From: Mobula hypostoma
Taxonomy: Eukaryota
Reading direction: 5' to 3'
NCBI RefSeq assembly: GCF_963921235.1
Contig: NC_086097.1
Coordinates: 176,888,001 to 176,952,000 of the forward strand
Length of the DNA: 64,000 bases
Positions 48,715-62,084 of this stretch are shown one piece after another. Every line of letters starts with the position of its first letter. Within the stretch, counting starts at the first letter, position 1. The notes beneath the pieces are model-generated. The model saw only the letters and a list, made by a program, of their open reading frames with translations. It made no database searches and had not been told where the DNA came from. Both the position numbers and the translations under genes were made by a program.

Positions 48715-50320
48715 CGCCTTTTCCATGATTACATCAATGTGTTAGGTCCAGGACAGATTCTCTGAGATGTTGATGGCCAGGAACTCAAAGCTGCTCATTG
48801 GTTCCACCACTGACCCTTCACTGAGGACTGGTGTGCATTCTCCTGCAGTCCACGATCAATTGCTTGCTCTTCCCGACATTGTGCTATTGCAACGTCACTC
48901 AATCAGCTGATCTGCCACACTACTTTATGCCTCCTGTTTGCTAACTGAGATTCTACCAACAACAGTGCTGTCATCAGCAAATTTATAGATGGCATTTGAA
49001 CTGTGGTTAGCCACACAGACATAGGTATATCAAGAGTAGAGCTGTGGGCTAAGCATGTATCCTTATGTCAGGATCAGAATCAGGTTTAACATCACTGGCA
49101 TATGTCATGAAATTTGTTGTTTTGTGGCAGCAGTAAGCTGTAATGCATAATAACTATAAATTACAATAAGAAATATATACAAAAATAAATTCAGTAAGTA
49201 TTACAAAAAGAGAGCAAAAAAAAATGAGGTAGTGTTCATGGGTTCATGGCCCATTCAGAAATCCAATGATGGAAAGGGAGAAGATGTTCTTGAAAGATTG
49301 AATGTGTGTCTTCAGACTCCTTTATCTCCTTGATGGTAACAATGGGAAGAGGACATGTCCTGGGCCTTAGGAGTTGTTAATGATGGGGGCCACCTTCTTG
49401 AGGCATCACATTTTAAATGTGTCCTTGATGCTGGGGAGGCTGGCACTCATGATGGAGCTGGCTGTGTTTATAACTTTCTTCAACTTTTTCCACCATACCA
49501 GATGGCGATGCAACTAGTTAGAATGCTTTCCACGTACACCTGTAGAAAATTGTGACAGTCTTTGGTGACATACAGTCTCCTCAAACTCCCCAGGAAATAT
49601 GGCTGCTGTTGTGTCTTCTTTGTAATTGCATCCATATGTCAGACCCAGGATAGGTCTTCAGAGATGTTGACATGAAGGAACTTTAAACAGCTCACCCTTT
49701 CCACTGCTGATGCTTCGATGAGGACTGGTACATGTTCCCCTTCCTTAAGTCTATGATCAATTCTTTGCCAGAGTTGATTGTCATCAAGGAGGAGAGGTTA
49801 CTTCCGATGTGTACCAACTGTGGTCTCCCAATGAGGAAGTCAAGGATCCAGTTGCAGAGGGAGGTGCAGAGGCCTGGATTTGAGTTTGCTGATTAGAACT
49901 GAGACAATGATTGTGTTGAACACTGAGCTGTAGTCAATAAATAGCAGCCTGACATGGGCAATACTACTATCCTGGTGATCCAAGGCCGAGTGGAGAGCCA
50001 GTGAGATTGCACCTGCTGTAGGCAGGCAGGTTGCAGGAGATTCAGGACCTTGCTTAGGCAGGAGTTGATTCTGGCTGAGACCAACCTCTCAAAGCACGTC
50101 ATCACAGTAGATGTGAGTGCAACAGGGAGATAGACAGTGAGGCAGCTCATCCTGCTCTTCTTGGGCACTGGTATGATTGTCGTCATTTTAAAGCAGGTTG
50201 GAAACTCCAGCTGCAGCAGTGAGTGACTAGAGATGCCCCTGAACATTCCCAGCAGTGGGTTGGCACATATTTTCAACACTCCACCTGATACACCATCAGG
50301 ACCGGGTGCTTTGTAAGGGT
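48715..50320 (-). mobile_element. Rex1-type LINE fragments
   Basis: ORF 49893-50279 has PTCFKMTTIIPVPKK..PVALTS..CFERLV; reverse-complemented tail at ~49070. Confidence 0.8.
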
Positions 50321-51729
50321 TCTCCCCTCAAAGTACATTTATGTATTGTCAAAGTATGTGGGCAGTATACAACCCAGGGATTCATCTTCCCACAGGCAGC
50401 CACAAAACTAAGAAAGGGAGGTCATGGAACCCGCTTAAAGGAAAACATCAAACCCCTATCAGGCAAAAAGAAGAATAAATCACACAAACGGCAAAAAAAC
50501 ACAGGATATAAAACACCAGACAACAAATTATCCAACCAGTCCAGGCACATCAGTTCAATGGAGCTCCATGTCTTTCATTAACTTCAGACACAGAGCCAGT
50601 CAACCCCGATCAAAATCACCCAAAATAGCAACAAAAGAAGGAGTGACCAGAAACCAGAAACACATCATAACGTGAACTACAGAGTCCAATCCACAAACTG
50701 CATCAATTACACCTCGCACAAGACCCAGGACGTAGGCACCATCCTCTGGCAGCATTGGGCGAGAGGGGGAGAGAGACCATTCGAACATAGGGACCTTCCT
50801 CCAGGCCAGTGGATGAGAGGGCAAGAGAGACCATCACACCCAGACACCTTCTTCCAGCAGCTGAGAGAAAGAGGTTGGTAGATGGCGCTGAACACCTGCT
50901 CGCCTCACGCTTATCATCTCGATGATTTCAATCTTCATCAACACTTTAATTGGCAAGATCAGCAAGAAATGGAGATGACCACGGGCTCGCGCCTTATCTC
51001 CTAGCTGCACACTTCACCCGAAACCTTACGGAACCCCCTCAGAGACAGCAAAGCATCAGATCACACAATCAGTCCAAAAACACACCATTAAAATTTAAAT
51101 CACAGGCTCCAACAGCAGCAGAACCACATTTGAGAGAAAAGCAAGTGAAAGGAGTAGTTTCTCTTGAAAGAAGTTCTGATGCCGGACTCCGAAACAGAAG
51201 TCACAGGATCACAGTTGCAGGTATTTGCACAGGTGTAGTTTCATTCTCTCTTTCAAAGTGTGTATGAAAGGCATTGAGCTCATCTGGGAACGAAGGATCA
51301 TTGCTGTTCAAGTTGTTGGTTTCTCCTTGTAGGAAGTGATGGCCTGCAAACACTGGCAGAGCTGACATACTGTACGTCCAATTCCATCTCTAACTTCAAT
51401 CAGAATTGGTTTTTATTTCACCCTTAAAATAGCCTTCCATAGGTTATATCTGGACTCCGTGTAAAGTTCTGGATCACTGGTCTTGAATGCCACAGATCTA
51501 GCCCTCAGAAGACTATGAATTTCTTAGTTCATCCACAGCTTTTGGTTTGGGTATGTCCTGATCTGATGAGTATTTCCAGTATTTCCACTTTGATCCATAC
51601 TGGTAGGTTTAGTCGCCCTCTAAGCAAGACAGATCTACACCCCTGAAAAACAGACAGAGCTTTCCAATAACCCAGTAGGTTTGTGGTCAGTGTTGCTGAT
51701 GTGACAAGAATACACATAGATAAGATGTT

Positions 51730-52138
51730 TGCACAGGTGTAGTTTCATTCTCTCTTTCAAAGTGTGTATGAAAGGCATTGAGCTCATCTCTGTCCCTCTG
51801 AATATACCTCTTGCCCATCCTCTGGGTCAGCCCCCCCCTCGTCTTTCTCCCTAGGCCTCCTGTCCCATGATCCTCTCGTATCCCCTTTTGCCTATCACCT
51901 GTCCAGCTCTCGGCTCTATCCCTCCCCCTCCTGTCTTCTCCTATCATTTTGCATCTCCCCCTCCCCCTCCAGCTTTCAAATCCCTTACTCACTCTTCCTT
52001 CAGTTAGTCCTGACGAAGGGTCTCGGCCTGAAACGTCGACTGCGCCTCTTCCTATAGATGCTGCTTGGCCTGCTGCGTTCACCAGCAACTTTGATGTATG
52101 TTGCTTGAATTTCCAGCATCTGCAGAATTCCTGTTGTT
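51730..52138 (+). mobile_element. PLE 3' end with a 62-bp duplicated local segment at its 5' junction
   Basis: TSD TAGATAAGATGTT at 51717-51729 and 52139-52151; body nearly identical to the reverse complement of 40467-40817. Confidence 0.9.
52006..52041 (+). ncRNA. Minimal type I hammerhead ribozyme
   Basis: AGUC-CUGACGA-AGGGUCUCGGCCU-GAAAC-GUC-GACU; predicted cleavage after 52037. Confidence 0.85.
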
Positions 52139-53904
52139 TAGATAAGATGTTAGCTGTCCTGTGTGATCAGCAGTTGGTCTGCCACCTGTCTTCAAGAGAG
52201 AGATAAGGAACACAATGAAACAGCATCTGGAGATGTGTAATGAAGGGACGGGAGAGAGAGCTGTCTGGAGCGGCTCTCCCTTTGAACCCTGAACTGTTTG
52301 AAGTGATGGACAGGCGATACCCCAGCAGGGGGATAAAAAGGGACAGGTTCGCTAAGGCAGGACACACGACACCCGAGGTAACGAGACCCTGGAAGCGGTG
52401 CGCCTCTCATGAATTGGTGGGAAGTACCGGACAACGCACAGGGTGGAAAGGTACGATCAGCGGGAACCCGGTGTGTGTCCGCCCTTGCTTGGGTGCCAGG
52501 TTCACTGCAGAGGATCGACCGCATCTGGAGGAGGGGTCACAGTCGGTGACCTCAGGTGACATCACCAAGGACCCGCCCAAAAGCTGCTTGTGAGCCATAG
52601 CGCCGGTCTGTGAGTGGAAGCTGTTTCTGAATGATCAGTTGTTCCCGTTCTCTCTCTCTCTCCCCCCCACGTTGTCCATCGCCATGGCAACGATTACTGC
52701 GAACTGAATTGGACTGAACTTTTGTGTCACTTTGAAATGTGGTCATTTACCCCTAGACAACGATAGAACTTGATTGATGCTGTTATTTTAAATTCTGTGC
52801 ACATGTGTGTTTATCATTGCTGAACTGTTGCATTTATTATCCTTTCGATTACTGTGTTGCTTGTTTCTTTAATAAAACTTTCTTAGTTCTAGTAATCCAG
52901 ACTCCAACTGAGTGATCCATTTCTGCTGGTTTGGCAACCCAGTTACGGGGTACGTAACACTGAGATTTACATTTTATACCAGGATCTACTGAATTACTTG
53001 AATTTAAATTGGCTGGTTTGGAGGATTACGTTTGAACTCACGTCTCTGGATCAGTGCTCCAGGACAACTCTCTGCTGAAGAACTCCAAGGGCACTGCTGC
53101 TAACCCTATACCAATCACCCCTAACTATCTATCTCTCCTGTGAGACTTCAGCCAAGCAATTAAAATATTCCCTCTACTCTGAGCTAGCAAGCAGCTGCAC
53201 AGTCCCAGAGAGGGTCTTTTGCACAATCTATTTATTTCTGTAACTGATAGCTGTTTTTAATGTATTGCACTGTACTGCTGCAGCAAAACAACACAGTTCA
53301 GGGCATATGTCAGTGATAATAAAGCTGATTCTGAATCGAATTCCGTCCACCCTTCCTTCTGCTGAGTCCTTCTACACTCCTTGCTATCTCAGGAAAGCAG
53401 CCAAGAACCACTCCCACTTTGGTCATTCTCCCTTGTCTCCCCATCCCATCGGGCAGAAGATAGAGGCCAGAAGACACATACCACCAGCCTGAAGGTCAGA
53501 TCCTATCCCACTACTAACAGACTCGCATGCACTGAAGATGAACTCCTGATCTCCCAATCTACATCATTGTGACCCTTGCACCTTACTTGGCTATGTCCCA
53601 TTATACTTCCTCTGTACTGTAAGATTATCTTCTGCATTTTGTTATCCTTTTTTCTAGCAGTAAGTGAAATGTTATTTTACAATACATTCTTTCCATGGTT
53701 CTGGAGATTATTCCTAAATTCTAAGAGAAAGTATTTTTCAGCTGTTGCCAAACTACAAAGATTAAATATCATTCTTTTGTACAGGCTCCTGACTCTGCTA
53801 CAGATTCAAAACCTCCATTCAAAGTCTCAAAGCTTATTCTCTATTCTGTGATGATCCCTGACTTCGTACCCAGTTGAAAAGCTTGTATCCTTTGAAACAG
53901 TGAC

Positions 53905-54497
53905 CATTGGTGTTCCAACAACAACCTTGCACTCAATGTCAGTAAGACCAAGGAATTGATTGAGGACTTCAGGAGGGGGGAGTCAAGGGAACACACACCA
54001 GTCCTCATTGAAGATCAGTTGGTGAGCAGTTTCGAGTTTCTGGGTGTCAGCATCTCTGAACGTCCAACCTGGGCCCAGCATATTGATGCAGTTACAAAGA
54101 AGGCACGACAGTGGGAGTCCGGGGAGACTTGGAATCTCACCAAAGACATTCGCAGCTTTCTACAGACAGCATTCTAACTGGTTGCATCACCATCGGATAT
54201 GGAGAGGCCACTGCACAGGATTGGAAAAAGCTGTAGAAAGTTGTAAGTTCAGCCAGCTCCATCCTGGGCACTAGCCTTCCTAGCATTGAGGATGTCTTCA
54301 AAAGGAGATGGCTTAAAAATGTAACATCTATCATTAATGACCCCCATCACCCAGGACATGTCCTTCTCTCACTGCTACTATCAATATTTCTTATTGTAAT
54401 TTATAGTCTTCTAAAAATATATGTACTGCAATGAACTGCTGTCACAAAACAACATATTTCATAACATACACCAGTGATATTAAACCTGATTCTGATT
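53905..54497 (+). mobile_element. Rex1-type LINE 3' fragment
   Basis: NNLALNVSKTKELI and FEFLGVSISE; (TGATTC)n tail. Confidence 0.8.
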
Positions 54498-54874
54498 CCT
54501 CCCTCCAAATGACCTTATGATTGCCCTCCCACCAGGTACCAATGCTCTCTCAAGAACTGCCAACAAGGTGCACTCTTCCTGTAAAGCACACCTACTCTCC
54601 ACAGGATCAACAGGTTGAGATCTGAAAGTTCCTTTGTGTAAATATCACCCACAGCGGAGCTGTGAATATTGCTCAGTCCATCAAGCAAACCATCTCCCTT
54701 CATAGATTCTGTCTACACTTCTCACTGCCTTGGGAAAGCAGCCAGTATCATCGAAGAGCCTCCCCCTCCCCACCTAGTCACTTTCTCCTCCTTTTCATCA
54801 GGCAGAGGATACAAAAGTTCAACAGTACATACCACGAGGCTCAAAGACAGCTTCTATCCCATTGCTGAATGTAC

Positions 54875-55401
54875 TGTAACCGGGTGACTGCTGGATCTTA
54901 TTCAGTATCGTTAAAAATGTACTTAGGCATCCATCCGGGTAATGCTAGAATAGTTGTCTGAGCCTTTAAGGGAGACGGTGATGTCATTACGCATGCGCGG
55001 GATAGTGGGAAGACCATTTGGTTTTCTGCTGAAGAGGCCTTGGGGAGTTGGAATTGAGTTCTGCCCGAGGCTGGGCATGGTGAGGAAAGATTTCCACAAG
55101 TGAAGAAATCAACGTTGGGTAGCATGGCTTATACCAATTTCCTCACCATCCAAGTAGGATTACCACTACCGTATTTGTACCGCATTAGTTGTGGTATTTT
55201 TATACTGCATACGCAATTCTGTCCATACACAAGGGTGTGGATTGAAAGTTAAACTAAGATTGTAACGGCAAGAACTGGTTGTAAATTTCTTCGTTTTGTT
55301 TCGCGCCCCTCTTCTGGCACTTAAACATCGAAAACCGATAAAGGAATTAAAACCCGAAAAAGTCTTTGTTGTCCTGAGTGTGTACTTTTCCCCAGGCTAC
55401 A
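54875..55401. mobile_element. Candidate solo LTR
   Basis: TGTAACCGGG...CCAGGCTACA imperfect inverted ends; CpG-rich; ATTAAA near the end; TSD not clean. Confidence 0.5.
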
Positions 55402-57874
55402 AAAGTACCTTTATATTATCTGGGTGCAAGAAAATGATCCGCCATGATCCAATTGAATAGCGGAGCAGGCACGAGGGACTAAACACTATGTGCCACCTTT
55501 GCCACTACCCTGCACTTCTCTTTAATTAGGACATAGAACAGCAGAGCAGAGGAACTTAGCCTTCTGCACACAATGTACATGCTCTTTAAAATGACCATCA
55601 CTTCTGCCTGCATCCTCCAACCCTGCATATTCACGTGTCTATGTAAACACCACTATTATATCTACTTCCTCCACCACCCCAGCACTGTGTTCCAGGCACC
55701 TACTGCTCCGTTTGAAAAACAGCTACCCTTTAAACATCCCCCCCTCACCTCAAAGTTATGCCCTACAGTATCTGATATTTCTACCCAGTCATTTTTTGTA
55801 TAATATGTGTGTAATTTATATTCTGTGTGTGTCTGTACCCTAACTCTACCTTAGTAACAAACACCATGGACCACCCCTTGCACTGCCATGGATCTGTCTC
55901 TCCTTTTGCCATTTTTTGCAGCCTTATACTTCTCCATCTTGTATAATTTATGTTTAATTTATATTCTGTGTCTTGTCTGTGCCTGTGATGCTGCTACAAA
56001 CAAGTTTTTCATTGCACCTATACCTCACTGAACTTGACTGTTCCTGATGTTCTGAGGCTGCTTCAGACTGTGTTGGAAGCTGATCTTCCAATTCTCCGTC
56101 CACTTCCAGCTCCGTACCATCCTACACCAGCTGCTGCTGTAACCTTTGTCTGTGCCCTTCTAATCTGCAGACTTGACTATTCCAACCAATTCCCTGAACT
56201 ACAGTTTACATTCCATAAAACTGATATTATCCAGAACTCTTCCACCATTCCCTGACATGTGACGTCCCACCCATTCATCATCTCCATGCTTCATGATCAG
56301 TTCTGGCTTTCACTTAATCAATGCAGTGATTTTGAAGTTTGTATCCTTCCCCCGCCCCCCTCCCAAATCTTTCCAATGTCTTGCCTCCTTCCTAGCTTTG
56401 AAGTCATCTTCAGCCCTACAACCCTCTGGGTCTCTGTATTAATCCAATTCCAGCCTTACATTAAATCAAGTCAAGTTTCTTGTCATCTGCACGAGTACAG
56501 ACATAATGATAAACTCTTTGTAGCAGCATTACAGACAAGTAGATACAAATAATACACGAACATAAATTATACAAGTCAGTGAAGAATAAAAGATGATGCA
56601 GAACAGGATAATGCAAAAAAAAAACACACAATGGGAGGCAAGTCCATGGCAGTGTAAGAGGTGGTCTGCAGGGTTCCATTGCTGAGGTAGGTTCACAGTT
56701 GTGCAGGTCAATTCAAGAACCGCATGGCTGTAGGAAAGTACCTATTCTTGAAATTGGAATTGGAATTGATTTATTGGTGTTACATGTACTGAAATATAGA
56801 AAATACTTAGTTTGTAAGCCGTTCATACAGATCATTCAAAACACATGTATTTTGAGGTTGTACGAATGGAAAAACAATAACCTGGTGGTATGGGGCTTCA
56901 AGTTTCTGTGAGTGTTGTATCTGTAAGTGAGTTGATAGGAATGTGGGGAGAGTAAATAAATGGAATTACTGTAGAATTGGTGTAAATGGTGATTGTTAGC
57001 ACAGATTCGTAGACTGAAGGGTCTGTGTATCTCAAAGAATTTCTAACACCTTTCTGCTCAGATGGTTGAAGGCGATCGTGATGCATTTGAGGCAGGTGTA
57101 AATCTCATGATCAATGCACTCCTTCCCTAACAATTGCCTCCCGAGATGTGGGAAATGGCCCATGTTTCCTAATTTCCAGTCAACCTAGTTTTCAGAAACA
57201 TGCTACAGGGGCAGATTGATGGAGGACCAGTTATGTAGATGTTTGATGTCAGGCGCATTCTGTTGTGCAAAGTCTCATGCACAAAGCAGGAAAAATTATT
57301 TATTTCTTTAAGAACATAGATCAGTACAGAACAGGAACAGGCCCTGCAGCACACAATGTTGTGCCAAACCAATTAAACTGGTAATCAAATTACTAACTAT
57401 CTAATCTGTTCTGCCTACATTATATCCATCCCCTTCCATTTTCCTCACATTCATGTACCTATCTAAACGTCTCTTAAATATCTCTTAATATACTTGCTTG
57501 TCTACTCTATGTCTCTCATAATCTTAAAAACCTCTATCAGATCTCCCCTCAGCCTCCACCGCTCCCAAGAAAACAACCCGATTTTGTCCAAACTCTCATT
57601 AGAGCATATGCTCTCTAATCCAGGGAGCATCCAGGTAAATCCCTGCACCCCCTCCAAAGCCGCGACATCCTTCCTATAATGGGGTGACAAGAACTGTACT
57701 CAATACTTCAGATAAGGTCTAATTAGAATGTTATAAAGCTGCAACATAACTTCCTGACTTTTGATCCGTCCCTTTACACTTGACCTACCGGATTAAGAAC
57801 TTCATCTGCCATTTCTCCGCCCACACCTGCAACTGATCTATAAGAAAATTGCCTTTTAAACTCACGAGAGAGCA

Positions 57875-58053
57875 TAGACCATCAACTTTTGCTGTTGATG
57901 TTTCTGTAGCAGGCAATTTTTTTTTATGAGGTCGAGTTGCTAGCTTGACACCCAACCCAGCCCGGATGAAAAGCATGTCTGGGGAGCCGGCTGGGTTCGA
58001 ACTCAGGTGCATTCGCTCCGAAGTCCGGTGCTGATGCCACTATGCCACCAGCC
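57875..58053 (-). mobile_element. tRNA-derived SINE
   Basis: Minus strand has GGTGGCATAGTGG (A box) and GAGTTCGAACCC (B box). Confidence 0.8.
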
Positions 58054-58115
58054 AGCTCACAACTGATCTATACCCAGCTTTATTCTTTGCCAATCTTCTA
58101 TGCTATCCACAACAC

Positions 58116-58295
58116 CAGTGGTCCCCAACCTCTAGGCTGCAGACCGATACATTGCTGCGAAGAATGCAGCGGTGCAGCGGTAGCCAGAACGCACCCAGTA
58201 CATCTTTAAGAAAAAAGCCAAAATAACAAGCTAATTAATTAGGTGCCACCCTACATGTAAATGTTGGCCCAGATCAGAGGTGATTGCCGATTGCA
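58116..58295. mobile_element. hAT/Charlie-like terminal fragment
   Basis: Starts CAGTGGTCCCCAACC; no second end found. Confidence 0.5.
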
Positions 58296-60382
58296 TGCCC
58301 TTTTCTCACTGTTACCATCAGGTAGGAGATACAGAAGCCTGAAGGCACACACTCAGCGATTCAGGAACAGCTTCTTCCCCCCCGTCTTCCGATTCCTAAA
58401 TGGATATTGAAGCTTGGATACTACCTCACTTTTTAATATATATTATTTCTGTTTTTTGTACAATTTTTAATCTATTCAATATATGTGTACTGTAGTTGAT
58501 TTATTTATTACTATATTTTTTTCTTCTATATTATGTATTGCATTGAACTGCTGCTGCTAAGTTAACAAATTTCATGTCACATGCCAGTGATAATAAACCT
58601 GATTCTGATTCTGATTTGCAACTCGCCGTTCCTCCAGGAACTCACCTGTAGATAGCGAGGACACAAAGATATTGTTCAAGGCCTCAGCAATCTCTTCACT
58701 TGCCTCTCTCAGCAGCCTAGGGTATCATCAGGACCTGGGAACTTATCCAACTAATGCTCTTTAAGAAACCCAACGGTACCTTCTCCTTTACCTCAAAGTG
58801 CCCTAGTATATCAGTACGCTCAGTACTGATGTCCCTATCTTTCACAGCCTTCTCTTTGGTTAATACTAATGTAAAGTACTCAGTAAGGACCTCACCCCTA
58901 TCCTCTGCATCCAAGCAAGTGCTCCCGCACCCCCCCCCCATCCTTGAGTGGTCCTACATTCTCCCTAATTTTTCTTTTGTTCTTGATGTATGTATAGAAT
59001 GCCTGGGAAATTATTTTTAATCCTACTTTCTATGTCCCTTCTTGACTTTCCCAGTTCCTTTCTTGAGTTCTTTTCCAGCTTCTTTTTAATCCTTGAGGGT
59101 GCTGATTGATTCTAGCTTCCTAAGTTCTACAAACTTTTCCTTTTTCTTCTAGACTAAAATCATCACCTCTCTTGGTATCCTTATTGGTAAGGGGTCTCTT
59201 ACCTTGCCATCCTTGTCCTTCCTGCTTATTGGAATATTCCTGTTCTGTAGTCTGTGCAGTTTTTCTTTAAACACCCTCCACATCAGATATGAACTTTCCC
59301 AGAAACAGCTGTTCCTAATTAACTCTCCCTAGTCCCTGCCTAATGCTCTCATAATTTGCCCCACTCCATTTAATAATCTCTCGCTAAGGTCCATACATAT
59401 GCTTATCTATAGCTATCCTAAAACTTAAGGACTTGTGGTCACTGTTCGCTAACTGCTCACCCACTGACCCAGCCTGGTCACATGGCCAGGCTCATTACCC
59501 CATATCGGATCCGGTACTGCTCCTCCTCTTGTTAGACTATCTACATATTGATTTAACAAATCCTCCTGGATGCACCTAACAGATCCTGCTGCACCTAAAC
59601 CTCTTGCTCTCAGAAGGACCCAGTTTATACTAGGGAAGTTGAACGCCCCCATGATAACAACCCTTCTGCTTTTACACCTTTTCTTAATCTGCCTGCATAG
59701 GTGTTCCTCAATGTCCTGGTGGGCTATTGGCAGGGGTGGGGGTATACAGTACAATACCAACAGAGTGATGCACCCTTCCTACTTTTGAGTTCCACCAATA
59801 TACAGACTTCCATTATGACCCCTCGGAGTGTAGATGTGTTATTGTCCCTCATCGGTGGTGCAACTCCCTCACCCCTTTTGCCTCTTTCTATATCTCTTCT
59901 GAAACATTGAAACCCTAGAACATGAAGCACCCATTTCTGTCCCGCTCTCAACCAAGTCTCTGTAATGGCCACAACATTATCGTCTCATGTACTGATCCAT
60001 GTTCTAATTCCATCATCATTACCCCCAATACTCCGAGTATTAAAATACATACACTTCAAACTATCCATCCTCTCGTGTCCTTTACTTTGCTCCTGTCTGT
60101 ATTTACTGGCCCTGAAATCTGCCTTCCTGTCCACCCCTCCGCTTTCTGACCTGGTGCTCTGGTTCGAATCCCACTACCAAACTAAGCCTTCCTGAGCAGC
60201 ACTAGTGAATCTCCCGGTCAGTTTAGGTGTAATCTGTCCCTCGTGTGCAGGCCACCCTTGCCCCAGAAAAGGTTCTACTTATCCAAGAACCTGAAATACT
60301 GTCCCCTCCACTAGTTCCTCAGCCATTCGTCCACCTGTGCAATCATCCTACTCCGGCCCTGACTGGCATGTGGCACTGGGAG

Positions 60383-60981
60383 CTATGTTCCTTCTAAGCT
60401 GTGCACGTGTGCGCGTGCACACACGTTTTTCAACCAGCGCACAAAGGAAATAAATGTGCGCACAAAAGGTTAGTTACCTAAAATAATGTAGTAATTAATA
60501 ATTATACTTATTGAAAATAATCTTTTAGCTAAATGTTTCTGTTAACTAGTTTCTGTTTTGCGACCATGCACAGTTGATGGACATTGGGGGAACGTTTCTT
60601 GCATCTAGTGTGGACTGTGAGCGAGGTTTTAGCCTAATGAATCAATTCAAACACAAGCTGAGAAGACGTTTCAGTGAATGTTATTTGGATATGTTAATCA
60701 GAATCAAAAGCTATGAATTGGATGGAAGTTCTATTAGTCTAGATAGAGTTTACAAAGAATGGGTAAATGCCAAAGACAGGAGAGAGAAAAAATAACTGAG
60801 TGACTTAAATATGTATGTTATTTTGTTGTTATTCTGTGCAGTTTTATGTCAAATATTTTGTAAACCTACATAAACTGTGCCATGTGTGCATTCAGTGCGC
60901 ACATACTTTTGTCACAGGAAAAAAAATTACACAACATAAGATTTTTGAACACACTGACTACTAAAAATTAGAGGGACATTG
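60383..60981 (+). mobile_element. hAT internal-deletion derivative retaining the transposase C-terminus
   Basis: TIRs CTATGTTCCTTCTAA and TTAGAGGGACATTG; perfect 8-bp TSD ACTGGGAG at 60375-60382 and 60982-60989; ORF 60574-60795 has SSVDCERGFSLMN (hAT dimerisation motif). Confidence 0.92.
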
Positions 60982-62084
60982 ACTGGGAGTAATGCAGAGA
61001 TTACTACCTTGAAGGGCCTGTTCTTCAGCATCTTTCTTACCTCCCTATACTGACTGTGCAGGACCCTTTCCCCCTTCCTAACTATGACATTGGTGCCAAT
61101 GTGCACCATGAACTCTGAATGCTCACCTGGGTGAAAACACCCTGGACGACCTGGACTGTAACACCTGGGTGAAAACACCATCCTGGTGTCTCTTTCACAG
61201 CCACAGAATCTCCTGTCCATCCCTAACTATCGAGTCTCCTATCACTATTGCTGCTTCTCAGAGCCAGTCTCAGTACCGCTGGCCTGGCTGCTGTTGCTGT
61301 GCCCTGAGTGGACACCCACCTCCCTCCCCAACCCCAGCAGCAGTGTCCAAAGGTGTTTACATGTTGCTGAGGATCATGGCCACAGGGGAACCCTACACTA
61401 ACTGCTTATTCCTCTCATTTCTCCAGGTGGTCCAGCTCTGAAGCCTGCATTCTGGGTGTGACCACCTCAGTAAAATCTCATCCTTGAGGATTTCGGCCTC
61501 CTGTTTGGTCCTGAGTACATCCAGCTTCAGCTCTAGTTCCCCGACCTTGGATGAAGTTGGAGCTGAAGCTGGATGCATTTCCTGTAGATGTAGTCGTCAT
61601 GGAGACGGTTAGGTACCCCGTCAGGTGGAGCATTCCACTGCTTTAACTACCATCCTGTCTACACTTGTCATACCCTTAGCTCTAACTTCTTAAGATTAAG
61701 TTCTCCAATCAGACTAAAAGATTCCAAAAGACTTAGCACCCTTAGCCTCTGCATGTTGACCCAAACCTTCCCAATTCTACAATGGCTGCTCCACTTACAC
61801 CTTACACAGGCATTCAATCACAGAGATGAACAACGTAACCTATGTATTTTGATGATAAATTTACTTTGGACTTTGACCTCACTTCTTTTTAGTGGCTCTT
61901 GCTAAGTTACTAATAACCCAAGCAACCTCCCACTCCATAGACAAGTCCCTACAGGCTCCGCTCTTTTCTTAAAACTGGTGTTTAAAGTCCAGAAGGAACG
62001 GGATCCAACTCATTCTACAATCTCCCACTCAACAGACAACTCCTGACAGGAGATGGGACTTCGATGCTTGCACACAGAACCTCC

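Larger units (their letters stand above)
51700..52959 (+). mobile_element. Solo LTR (~840 bp net) interrupted by a PLE insertion
   Basis: TGTGAC...GTAACA termini; 4-bp TSD CTGA at 51696-51699 and 52960-52963; AATAAA at 52871. Confidence 0.85.
57310..61850 (-). mobile_element. Decayed near-full-length CR1 (ORF1 esterase-like, APE endonuclease, partial RT, 3' end) with several nested elements
   Basis: VHIGTN..VVISALLPV (60927-61220), VVIMGAFNFPSINW (59449-59760), AITETWL (59724-59972) and SPHYRKD..RGDLIEVFK (57502-57690). Confidence 0.8.
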
